A stretch of 22,654 bases of DNA from Octopus sinensis (GCF_006345805.1 NW_021836752.1:1-22654); one strand, 5' to 3'; numbered from the stretch's first letter, positions 9,075-20,340 are shown. Notes: generated from the sequence alone by a model not told the origin. Numbers and translations: made by a program.

Positions 9075-9633
9075 AATAATCCTTTCTGCTATAGGCACAA
9101 AGCCGGAAATTTTACGGGAGGTGAGAAGTCGATCATATCGAACCCCGTGTTTCACTGGTACTTGGTTTATCGACTCCGAGAGGACGACCGTAGCAGAATT
9201 TGAATGCAGAACGTAGCGACGTGAAATACCTATTCTTTTACTACCGACAAGGGGCTAAACGCAAAGGGGACAAACGGATTAAGTTGATTATATCGACCCC
9301 AGTGCGTAACTGGTACTTATTTAATCGACCCCGAAAGGATGAAATGCAAAGTCGACCTCGGCGGAATTTGAACTCAGAACGTAACGGCAGACGAAATACA
9401 TATTTCTTTACTACCCACAAGGACTAAACACAGAGAGAACAAACAAGGACAGACAAATGGATTAAATCGATTACATCGACCCCAGTGCGTAACTGGTACT
9501 TAATTAATCGACCCCGAAAGGATGAAAGGCAAAGTCGACCTCGGCGGAATTTGAACTCAGAACGTAGCGGCAAACGAAATACCGCTAAGCATTTCGCCCG
9601 GCGTGTTAACGTTTCTGCCAGCTCGCCGCCTTC
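9075..9633 (-). mobile_element. Main SINE multimer: one head, two long-tail units and one older short-tail body
   Basis: Head is 9583-9633, units are 9400-9582 and 9230-9399, and the older body is about 9075-9229. Each unit starts at GTATTTC. Confidence 0.85.
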
Positions 9634-10011
9634 ATGTTTGATAAAGTAATGCAACGGTCGAGTGCTGAAGTTGACAAGTACTAGTTATATATATAGGAGA
9701 TATAACTCTTGCTATACGTCCCCACCCAAATGTTAGACTTGTATCTATGCTACAAAATAGTTATTGCCATTCATTGCACTTGCGGTGACATTAACCCGGG
9801 ATGGGCAAAGCCGGGTCCAACAGACAGTCAGGTCAAAGGTCAACTTTATGACACAAATACGCACGTACACACTAAAGAAAGATTTGCTCAGATACACCCA
9901 CGCATGTATGTGTATGTGTATGTGGTAGTGAGAGTGAAATGTTACACACATATGGAGACACACGCATACACACACACACACCACACACACACACACACAC
10001 ACACGCTCTCG

Positions 10012-10051
<40 letters not shown>

Positions 10052-10161
10052 CATACATACACACACACACAAATACCTATGTGCATATTATAGTTGCTGG
10101 GTACCGGGTGATTTAACAACATACTTTGACTAACTTGCCCGAAATGTGTGTGTCTGTCCAC

Positions 10162-10235
<74 letters not shown>

Positions 10236-10253
10236 GTCTGTCTGTCTGTCTAT

Positions 10254-10362
10254 AGAGCGTAGGCTCGAAACGTAAAATACCTTTTCTATTCCTGAGCATT
10301 ATACTAATATATCTGTTTGTTTTGTACACCACCTGTGTTTTGTTTGTTTTTCGTAAACTCTC
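10254..10362 (+). mobile_element. 5'-truncated PLE-like end (stem II + GAAACGUA of a minimal HHR; CUGANGA core missing)
   Basis: agagcgtaggctcgaaacgtaaaa...ttcctgagc..atactaat is homologous to 14140-14311 on the minus strand. It sits between (TATC/TGTC)n tracts. Confidence 0.75.
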
Positions 10363-10363
10363 C

Positions 10364-10449
<86 letters not shown>

Positions 10450-10461
10450 ATCTATCCAGCC

Positions 10462-10542
<81 letters not shown>

Positions 10543-10560
10543 CCTATCTATTTATCTTTC
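10364..10560. repeat. (TATC)n/(TGTC)n microsatellite
   Basis: Direct reading. Confidence 0.95.
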
Positions 10561-10959
10561 TATCTTTCAATCTATCTATCTATTTATCCCCCTATATATT
10601 TATCTGTCTGCGTATCAATCCATCAGTGTTGATAGTATAGACATTGATAACGAATATTCACCACAATGAGAACAATGGTATATTGATAACGGTTGCAAAA
10701 AGAAGAAAATTTTACTGAACGTAATTTAGTAACTACAAGCTCCACCAAGAACCGTTACAAAGAAACTTATACGAAGCTATTCCATACGATTGAAATGTCT
10801 GCTAAATATCCTTCCCATCTGATCTCAGTATGCTGTTGAAGTAAGGGCGCTTATTGGTGTGATTTTAGATATATTGAATTGGGGAAATAAAATAGAGAAT
10901 GATCGAGGTTAGAATATTTTTTATGATATGACTGTTCTATGATGACTGACTTCGCGTTG

Positions 10960-11223
10960 AACAGGAAAAAGCATCAGGAAGAAGGTTAAAGGACGGAAGT
11001 GTTAAGTGAACAATGGAAAACAGAGAGAGAGAAAGAAAGAGAAGGTGGGTGGATGTGGTAATGAAAATGATGGTGGTGGAGAGTGGAGGGGAATGATGAA
11101 AGAAAGAAAAGGCGAAGGAATGTGAGAGAATTGTGGAGAGATTAAGCGTGTGATGAAAGAAAGTCATTGTATTGAATGAGGTGCAGAGAAAAAGGAAGGC
11201 GTTTAGTCAAAGATTATGGTTAT

Positions 11224-11263
<40 letters not shown>

Positions 11264-11710
11264 AAGACAGAGAGAGAGAGAAACAGAGATGAAGGAAAAA
11301 TATGAAGAATAATAATAGAAGTGAATGAAGGGATGAAGTAGAAAGTGGAGAAGAAACAGAAGAAAATAGTAAAAAGAAAATTATATAGGTGAATAATTAA
11401 AAGAAAATAAGCATATGTTGAGTCTGCACAAAAGAATGAAGAACGAGATTGAAAATTAAGTGAAGAAGGAACAAGAAGAAAATAAAACAGCAAATAGTAA
11501 AAAAATGTGAAAAATTGCTAAAAAAAATGACGGCGAATGAAAAAAAAAGGGAGAGAATCAGAAAAGTTGCGATAAAAAAATATAACAAAACTGATAAATG
11601 ATAAAAGATTATATATATATATATATATATATAAACGAAACATCAAAATGGTGGACAGATTGAAAGCGAAATAGTAAAGGTAAAAAGACAAAAAAAAACC
11701 AAAATAACAG
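10960..11710. repeat. Long purine-rich low-complexity tract including (GA)n
   Basis: The plus strand is strongly A/G-biased over about 750 bp. Confidence 0.8.
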
Positions 11711-11994
11711 GGGCAACAAATATGAGTCAACAGTTGTGTTTTTCAAATTTCATAGCGATAGCTGTTGGCATATTATTTTCAAATATTTATTCACAAAGCA
11801 GAACATAAGAAGGAATAATTAATATTGACATAAACTACAAACACCTCCACGTTTCTACAGTACACGTAAAAAAAACTGGTAGTGTTCAATTCTGTTGTAT
11901 AGCGTTTCATGCAAAAGGACTGGTTTTGGTTCGTTTATATTATCATACGTTACGTTTGGTTGTGTATTACTAATCTATGATTGCGTTAATACCT

Positions 11995-12111
11995 CTGTGC
12001 ATACACACACACAACACACACACACACACACATGTTTATATATATATATAATATATATATAAATATATATATATAAATATATATATATATTATATATATA
12101 TATATATATAT

Positions 12112-12161
<50 letters not shown>

Positions 12162-12218
12162 ATATATATATGCATGTATGTATATATATATATATATATA
12201 TACATATATACTTGTATG

Positions 12219-12281
<63 letters not shown>

Positions 12282-12375
12282 ATATATATATATGTATGTA
12301 TGTATATATGAGTGCGTGTGTGTGTGTTTGTATGCGTGTGGTGTATGTGTGTGTGTATGTGTGTGTGAAGTTCTT
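11995..12375. repeat. Compound (CA)n/(TA)n/(TG)n microsatellite
   Basis: Direct reading. Confidence 0.95.
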
Positions 12376-12682
12376 CTATGTGTGCGTGTCTGTAAGTAAA
12401 TATTTCTTCCCAAACTTAACAAATCTAAACAGTATTATAACGCCTATTTGTACCAGTGGACGCTTTATTCCGATAAAGTTATTTGTTTTTCCTTCGTATA
12501 TATTCAATTACAAAAACGCACAACACACACACACACACACACACCACACACACACATACACACACACACAAACACGCACACACACACACGTACATGATTT
12601 GGATGTACTAGGTACGACGACTTCTAAGAAAAATATAAATCAATACGCATTCAATACATTTACAGTGTTAATATTTATTATT

Positions 12683-13490
12683 GGAAGGCGGTGAGCTGGC
12701 GGAATCGTTAGCACGCCGGGCGAAATGCTTAGCAGTATATTGTCTGTCGCTACGTTCTGAGTTCAAATTCCGCCGAGGTCGACTTTGCCATTCATCCTTT
12801 CGGGGTCGATTAAATAAGTACCAGTTACGCACTGGAGTCGATATAATCGACTTAATCCATTTGTCTGTCCTTGTTTGTACTCTCTGTGTTTAGCCACTTG
12901 TAGGTTGTAAAGAAATAGATATTTGATCAATCTTTACGTTCTGAGTTCAAATTCCGCCGAGGTCGACTTTGCCTTTCCTTTCTTTGGGGTCGATAAATTA
13001 AGTACCAGTTGCGTACTGGAATCGATCTAATTGACTGGCACCCTAACCAAAAAATTTTGGGGATTGTTCCTAGAGTAGAACAGAATATTTATTATTGGAA
13101 TAAGGCGGCTTGCTGTCAGATTCGTCATCGCGCCGGATAAAATGCTTAGTGGCATTTCGTTCGTATTTAGTTACGGAGTTCAAAATCCGTAGAGGTCGAA
13201 TTTGCGTTTGCATCCTTTCGAGGTCGATAAATTAAGTACCAGTAAAACACTGGGGGTCGATGTAATCGACTGATCCACTCCCCCGAAATTGCTGTCCTTC
13301 CGTCAACTTTTGAAAACAATATTTATTAAGGAAATGTGCTGCCGGAAACGTTAGCATGCCGGGGGAAAATGCCTAGTGTTATTTTGCCCGTCTTTATATT
13401 AGAATTCAAATTTCGTCAAGTTCTACTTTGGTTCTCATCCTTTTAGGGTTGATAAAATAGGTATCAGTCGAGCACTGGGTTCGATATATG
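12683..13490 (+). mobile_element. Cluster of four main-family SINE copies in tandem
   Basis: Head plus unit at 12683-12918, headless older body at 12919-13090, and older copies at about 13097-13320 and 13330-13490. Confidence 0.85.
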
Positions 13491-13677
13491 GGTTATATCA
13501 AAGAAATAGTAGACGACCAAGTTAACTTTGTCAAAATATCCGTAATAAAAATTTACATTTTTATGAAAACACACCAATATGGCTTCTGTTTATCGTTGAG
13601 AATAAGTTGAGTGGGAAATCTTTGGTATTACAACTGACGCCCTCTAACTTTGTATGTATATGTATATACATATATAT

Positions 13678-13714
<37 letters not shown>

Positions 13715-13869
13715 TTCTATGTTTGTGTGTGTATATGTAGTTTGAATATGAGTTTCTCTAAAGACTTGTACCATCCAGACTTTAAAGTCGCCCTAAATAT
13801 ATGCAGCGTGAGAGACTGTGAGTGGGACAGAGTGAGTGAGTGTGTTAGGGAGAGAGAGATAGATAGATA

Positions 13870-13901
<32 letters not shown>

Positions 13902-14016
13902 CGTAGGTGGTTTGTACCCTTTCAGTGCCTCTATGTTTTATCAGAGGACTCCAAAAGAAAGGATTAAATAAAATGATCTATACAGTATAAAATGATATAC
14001 ATGCATATACGTTTAT

Positions 14017-14054
<38 letters not shown>

Positions 14055-14139
14055 GACCTGGTATATGTCTGTATGTAGAATGTTTAGGTTTATATGTTTA
14101 CGTATGTGTGTGTATACATGTATCCATATATACATATAT

Positions 14140-14940
14140 ATATTAACGGGAAGCTTTATGAAAATAGAAAAAGACGAAGGCAGGTTTACGGAAATAGACA
14201 AAAGACGAAGGGAGGTGGAATACAAACAAACAATTGTATTAGTATGGCGCTCAGGAAATATAAATAAAACAAGTCTTTAACGTTTCGAGCCTACGCTCTT
14301 CAACAGAAAGATACACAGAGAAAAAAAACACAGAAAGAAGGAGAGAAAAAAATATGCGTGCAGAAGCTAGCGAATCAACATGGCGATCTGATTTCGGCCA
14401 GAAGTCAAAGATCAAACATGAGACGCAAGAGCGAAATTAGGGGAGATAATAGGGTCGAATGACCTCACTCCAACCTAAGAGTGTGTGTGTGTGTGTGTAT
14501 GAGAGAGTATTAGTGCATATGAGAGGTCTGGACGTGTGTATGTATATATGATGTGATGTGTAAAGTCGTATGGTGTAGTGTAGAGAGAGGAGAAGAGGGG
14601 CGAGGGGGAGGGGGAGAAAGAAAGGGGAGAAGGAAGCTTAGATTTGTCCTGTGACCATACGTTACTTATTTATTATCTTATACCTTGATACAGTGTGTAC
14701 TAAGATCCCAGTTGACAGGCCGCTGGTATTTATAGAGTGTTAAACACCGGTATGCAACTTAGGCACTTCTTCAGATAGTAACCACTGCATTTGTTGAGTA
14801 TATAAAGGGTTTGGCTGCTTGTTTCTCTGGAGACTGTCACATTGATGCGGACGCCTCTAATGAGAAGTCAATAAGGTTCGGAAATCGATTAAGGTTGTTT
14901 GTCGTTTTTGTCAGTCTGCGGAGAAATGGCTAAAATTTGT
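14140..14940 (-). mobile_element. Penelope-like element 3' region (possible decayed GIY-YIG C-terminus, UTR and HHR-bearing end)
   Basis: The end at 14140-14330 is homologous to 10254-10362 and carries a minimal HHR. The coding remnant at 14650-14940 is only weakly recognisable and the boundary is uncertain. Confidence 0.45.
14274..14311 (-). ncRNA. Minimal PLE-type type I hammerhead motif (A6U substitution)
   Basis: UCUUU-CUGUUGA-A-GAGC(GUAG)GCUC-GAAAC-GU-U-AAAGA. Stem I is 5 bp, stem II 4 bp, and stem III is the loopless palindrome ACGU. Confidence 0.7.
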
Positions 14941-15850
14941 CCTACTCACGCGTGTGTATGTGTGCTTAGGGTCAGTTAATGGCCAAGTACCGTAATTTGC
15001 AATACCAGCTTGCATTTCTTTACATTCTGAGTTGAAACTCGACGAAAATATGTTTTCATTCATCTGGTATCCATAAATAAATCCTAAATAGATGTAAACT
15101 TACCTTATTGTTGTTTCGTAGTCTCAGCTCAGCTATTTTGTTTTAGTAATGTAAATAGAAATAGAAATATTGATGGAAATATTTCGATATGTTTTGTTGA
15201 AGAGAACATATCCTCCATTATTATTAATTTAAAGAATAAATATAACAAACAAAGAATAATAAATCTAAATAGAATCACCATTACCATCAGCCTCAGTATT
15301 ATAACACAACATACAATAATTCTTATGAACGTCTTTTTTTTCTATGATAAACATTTTTCTTTCGAATTACATGTTACATTAACTAACATTTGTATAGGTT
15401 TTTATGATATTCTGAGAACTGATGTAGGCAATGAAAGTACTCCATGATATGCGTGTAAAGTAGCTAATGCAATATCAGGCATTATGTAAAAGGTGTGTTC
15501 GCATTAAACTTATTAATGTAGGTACTTTTCAATTTAGAGTTTGATACATCTTCAGCAGAAAGTTTCTGTCTTCTTTTTGCTTTAATGTCAAATATTATTT
15601 GTTTTCCTCATGCACGAATTTATATCTAAAAAAGATATATTTTTGTCGAACTTTCAAAATTTTTTTCCGTTTCATCACCTAGCAAAAAAAAAAACAAAAA
15701 AAAAAAACTAAAATGGAACATACAGCGATACCGACACGAAGATACGAACTTGCATTCTAGAAAGTCACAGGGGGTAAGGAGAAAGTTTAAGTGTTTTAAA
15801 GCCATAAAAACGCTTGAGATGCCGAATATATATATATATAATATATATAC

Positions 15851-16282
15851 TCGTTGCTCGAGTTTGTTTTTTTAGTTGCGCTTAGAACTGCAGGCTTTTA
15901 TGTCTCGTTAACAAAGTTTTGACATAGTTTCAATCTTTTTTGAAAAGTAAAAATTTTGCATTACGTAGCTTGTTATTGTCTTTTGGTGAATATTTTTCTG
16001 GTTGAAATACACCGAAAAATGGCGAAACAGCAATCAAGAAATAGTAAAAAATAAGGATTTCCATGGAAAAAAAAGCACCTTTTTGATGAAAATCCTTTTT
16101 AGTGTTAACATGGTCCGATTTGAATTTTTTCTTCTACGGAATGAAGAGCAAGTCTTCTTCTATCATACTTTGTATTTTTGGTCAACTTGCGCCGCAGGGT
16201 CTCGGAGGAGATAGTATTAGTTGACGGCTACCAAACCTACCACAGATACACACAGACAACTTCAGCTTTATATGTGTATATA
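15851..16282 (-). mobile_element. Non-autonomous Helitron-like element, 3' end truncated
   Basis: The reverse-complement 5' end tatata..tataaagctgaagttgtctgtgtgt and the remnant 3' hairpin arm (tcgttgctcgag) resemble invertebrate Helitron ends. No terminal CTAG is seen. Confidence 0.5.
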
Positions 16283-16494
16283 TAAAAATGTGACCTCGTG
16301 TGTACCGTTAGCGATTTTTTTCCTCTGTCTTCCCTTCTCGGGATCTTTCCTTCTCCTATGTTTCCGACGAGGAGCTCCGCTCGAAACGTTAAACCCTCCT
16401 TCTTCCCTTCTTTCGTGAGCGTCCAATAATACTATATTTGTTCCACGTCCTCGCGTTGTTGTGTTTTTTTGTGTTTTCTTGTTTGGATTAACTT

Positions 16495-16495
<1 letters not shown>
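16283..16495 (+). mobile_element. Short PLE-derived element carrying a minimal HHR
   Basis: Pyrimidine-rich leader, HHR at 16360-16394, T-rich tail, ending at (TA)n. Confidence 0.65.
16360..16394 (+). ncRNA. Minimal type I hammerhead motif (U4C core)
   Basis: GUUU-CCGACGA-G-GAGC(UCC)GCUC-GAAAC-GU-U-AAAC. Predicted cut is after 16390. Confidence 0.7.
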
Positions 16496-16529
<34 letters not shown>

Positions 16530-16532
16530 GGT

Positions 16533-16712
16533 CAATTGAAATAAACGAATAAAAACGGACAACATGAGGACGAGCATGAGAACTGAATTAGCTTGACGCT
16601 CAATGAAAAGAGCGAATTTGACGTTTCGAGCATAGCTCTTCGTCGGAAAGAAGAAAGGGAAAAGTCCACAGAAAGAAGAGAAACCATCAGTGGTACACGT
16701 GTAGTTACACAC
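16533..16712 (-). mobile_element. Second short PLE-derived element, convergent with 16283-16495
   Basis: Same architecture (leader, HHR, gagcgtc..ctaat, T-rich tail) but a diverged sequence. Confidence 0.65.
16617..16649 (-). ncRNA. Minimal type I hammerhead motif (U4C core, GUC site)
   Basis: UUU-CCGACGA-A-GAGC(UAU)GCUC-GAAAC-GU-C-AAA. Predicted cut is at 16620/16619. Confidence 0.68.
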
Positions 16713-17061
16713 ACACATGCGCGCACGCACACACACACACACACACACACATACACACACACATATATATATTTAGGTAAAGCCATCTGAGGAGACGAAT
16801 TTGCCCCTACGATGCATTACAACAGTTTGTACAGCATCTCGCCTGCAAGGTACTGGTGCATACAAGATTGAAACGATCATAGTGGTTCTGAATAAAGAGT
16901 CTCGTGAATTCCATATTCTTTCTCTCATATATTTTATGAACTGTAGGAGCACGAAGGAATTACTAAAGTGAATCCAGTGGCATATACTTCCGTACTGTTT
17001 TTGATAACTGCGATCGGGCTTTAAACAACATACTACAAGTTATATACCGGAATATAAAATT

Positions 17062-17066
17062 ACATG

Positions 17067-17098
<32 letters not shown>

Positions 17099-17208
17099 TG
17101 TATGTATGTATGTATGTATGTATCTATCTATCTATCTCTATATATACATATATATATGTGTATATATATGTATATGTATATATATGTTTATATATATATA
17201 TCTATCTA

Positions 17209-17244
<36 letters not shown>

Positions 17245-17274
17245 TATATATATATGTACATGTGTGTGTCCATG

Positions 17275-17313
<39 letters not shown>

Positions 17314-17338
17314 GGACACACACATGTACATATATATT

Positions 17339-17369
<31 letters not shown>

Positions 17370-17392
17370 GTGTGTGTGTGTGAATCACAAAT
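17062..17392. repeat. Compound (ATGT)n/(TA)n microsatellite
   Basis: Direct reading. Confidence 0.95.
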
Positions 17393-17985
17393 ACATATAT
17401 AATGTGTAGAAGACACAAAAAGACACCCTATTCTTTCACTGGTACTTTATTGATAACCCTCAAAATATGAGAGGCAGTCCTTATCTCAATTATATTTGAA
17501 ATCAGGGCACCGAGAACCGGAATACGTACCACAGGCCATCTATCCCATGCCCTAACGTCGCTTCCAGGCAGCTAACTATGATGCAGTGAAGAACGAACAA
17601 TGCCACAAATAAATAGCGAAAATGGTCTATTTTTGGAATCAACAGTCATTATATTCTGCTCACTCGATAATGCCAGCTCATTGACAAAAGCCGTTTATTT
17701 TAGTCAGAACAGGGGAAGTAATTTAGAGGGTTATCGGTTTTCCAAGAACATTTGTATCACCGCACTGTAATCGATATCATTGTTATAGATTTAGAAGAAG
17801 TGCCTACAAAACCTGAGCATATCCTACAGTTTCTGCATTGGGCAGAGCATCTCCAATATATATTTCACCTGTCCTCAGTCTGGAATTGAAACCGCCTCGC
17901 ATATATCTATCCGCAGTTTAAAAAAAAAAAATTAAACTTTTCAAAATATAAAACTTCTAACGGGCGGGGATGGGTAGGGGAATTT

Positions 17986-18424
17986 GGATATTTTCGGTTT
18001 GAACGGCAGTTTTTTCTAGCGGTGTCATATGAAATTGTCACCCATAATTATGACCCTAGTATCGATCTATTGCATTTCAATCTCTTTTAGGGTTAGGGTT
18101 AGTTAGTGTTAGGGTTAGGTTTAGGGGCGGGGGGAAGGGTATCTTTTTTTCTTCACAAATGTAAATAAACCCAATCTGTTTCTTAAACGAGGAACATATT
18201 CATACGGCAAAGAATGCTTTTTAACTCAATAGACGTCAGTGATTGGTTGAAATTGCAGAAATTGAAGAAAAGAACAACAAATATCTTACAAACTATAGAA
18301 TTTTCTTAATAAATCCAAGAGAAAAAGATGTTTTATAAACACATTCTACCAGTATACGAAGGTAAAAAATTTTTTAGTTACCTAGAAATTATGTTAAAAA
18401 CTGCCGTTCAAACCGAAAAGATCC
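17986..18424. mobile_element. MITE, 439 bp, 29-bp TIRs, 8-bp TSD (Merlin-like by its ends)
   Basis: TIRs are 17986-18014 and 18396-18424, with 1 mismatch and GG termini. The TSD GGGAATTT is perfect at 17978-17985 and 18425-18432. There is an internal TTAGGG-like tract at 18087-18126. Confidence 0.88.
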
Positions 18425-18469
18425 GGGAATTTCACTGAATTATAGGGAATATGCAGCATATCGTGCTCC

Positions 18470-18545
18470 ACACCTCTAACTCTCTCTCCGCCTCTAACTC
18501 TCTGCCCACCTCTAACTCCCTCCCAACTTCTAACTCTCGCCCCAC
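18470..18545 (+). repeat. About 19-20-bp tandem repeat, four units (cacctctaactctct..)
   Basis: Direct reading. Confidence 0.8.
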
Positions 18546-19148
18546 CATTCTCTCTGTCTCTCTCTTTTTACTGATCCATTTCCTATTAGTCTCACACTGA
18601 TTCCATGTATTTTCAGAACTCCTTTAATCTTTCCCCGCCCTCTCTCTCTCTCTCTCTCTCATTCTCTTTCTCTTTCATAATTTGCATTTCACGTTTTATT
18701 GAAGTCCTACGACGCCTGATGAAATGATAATCAAAGCACACCGAAGAAAACATACGTGTTAATATAAAAGCTTAACTCCATACAAATACACACCGATACG
18801 TGCAATTGTGTTTTAGTACGAAACGCTTCACTTCACATTGCATTCCCTGTGCGGACGTCGTTTTGCCAATCATCTAAATGTTTGCTTCAAGTTACCTGCA
18901 GTTTCAAAGCGACGTCTACAGACTCCAAGCCAGTGTGTTAAAAGGTTCCTTATACGAACATGGGATCTTGTGGAAGGAAGGTGAAAAAGAGATAATTTCC
19001 AACGACAAACATCCTATGTGGTTCATTTGTTTCGACAAGGAAACGCAGTGAAGTGAATGTAAATAGGAATAGAAGCAAGCTTAAGATAATATTTTTATAG
19101 GAAACAATGCAAAAATTGACATAGTCATATACACAACGCATGCTTTAA

Positions 19149-19149
<1 letters not shown>

Positions 19150-19207
<58 letters not shown>

Positions 19208-19217
19208 TATATATATA

Positions 19218-19258
<41 letters not shown>
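19150..19258. repeat. (TA)n microsatellite
   Basis: Direct reading. Confidence 0.95.
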
Positions 19259-19260
<2 letters not shown>

Positions 19261-19517
19261 CGTACGTGTGTGTGAGTGTATACTTGTATACACAACATAT
19301 TCGTATATGCAATATAATGTGACCGCATGTGTGTGTCTGTGTGTGAATACATTGGGTCATTCCATACATAATTGCATCAACTAAAGGTCGGAGGGGAATG
19401 GGATAAACTACCTGCATTAACTTGCCATAAAAGCAAGTAATTTTACCTTGTTTCTGTTCTTAGAACAAGTTTTGAAGAATGCAGTTAGATTTTGACAATT
19501 ATTTGTTCAAAGCTACA

Positions 19518-20340
19518 ATGGAATTGACGGAGATGTATTTTCGGTTTATTTTGGTTTATGAGTGAGTGCAATAAAGGCAACAATGCAACGGAAAGTTCGA
19601 GGAATATTAATGCGTTATATGGGGATCGAACAATAAGAATAAGTCAGTGCCAAGTTCCGAGCCAGAAACTACAGTCTAAAAGACGAGCCTCGTTCTAAAA
19701 GATGTGTATAGCTCGGCGAGGACGTCCCGCAAATCCTGGTGGAAAAAAATCCCAGCGTAACTACTGAAGAACTAACAGAGAAGCTTGGATTTGGTCATTC
19801 AACCATTAATCAGCACCTGCATGCCATCGGAAAAGTTCTCACAAACTTTCCGGGTCTAATCGCTCGCAGAGAGTGAATGTATACCCTGCTTTGCTGTCAT
19901 GTCTCACGAATGAACCTTTGTTTGGATCGAACAGAGACTGGTGACGAAAAATGGGTTCTCTATAGAAATGTCAAGCACCTAAGGGGGTAGAGAAAGAGGA
20001 AACACCGGCAACCAGGCTAAAGAAGGTCTTGATATCTGTTTGATGGGATATGAAAGGTTTATTTCACTTTCAACCCAAACCAAACGATAACAAAGGAGAT
20101 CTACTGCGAGCAGATTGAGAGCTGTGAGTGCAAAAAGAAAAACGACTATCTTTGGTTTGAAGACGAAAGGAGTTCTTCCATCAGGATAATACTCGGCCAC
20201 ATACAGCGAGGATGACATTCCATAGGCTGGAGCAGTCTGAATGGGAAACGATGCTCCACCTACCATATTTACCGGACGTTTCTCCATCTGATTATCGTTT
20301 TTTCTGCGTTCATCGAAATCATTTGAACGGAAAAAATATG
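19518..20340 (+). pseudogene. Decayed mariner transposase (D,D34D)
   Basis: Fragments read MELTEMYFRFILVYE, LDRTETGDEKWVLYRNVK and FHQDNTRPHTARMTFHRLEQSEWETMLHLPYLPDVSPSDYRFF, with 34 residues between the second and third D. It has many stops and frameshifts, and the 3' end is lost in (AAT)n. Confidence 0.93.

Noticed and set aside
9200-9654. Repeated ORFs such as MEGGELAESLARRAKCLAV... (also at 6113, 12681 and 21592)
   Set aside because: They are read-throughs of non-coding SINE copies.
9075-13490. CRISPR-like or satellite interpretation of the repeated SINE blocks
   Set aside because: The context is eukaryotic, the units are about 180-230 bp with tRNA-like heads, and there are no short repeats with unique spacers and no cas genes.
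16785-16990. Stop-free frames near 16785-16980 and 17785-17890 as exons
   Set aside because: No recognisable protein, weak splice context, and one frame ends in a SINE fragment.
18087-18126. True telomere or chromosome-fusion scar
   Set aside because: Only a few degenerate units, and they lie inside a MITE with TIRs and a TSD.
18710-18760. CTGATGA at about 18716 as a hammerhead core
   Set aside because: No stem II/GAAA/stem III follows in register.
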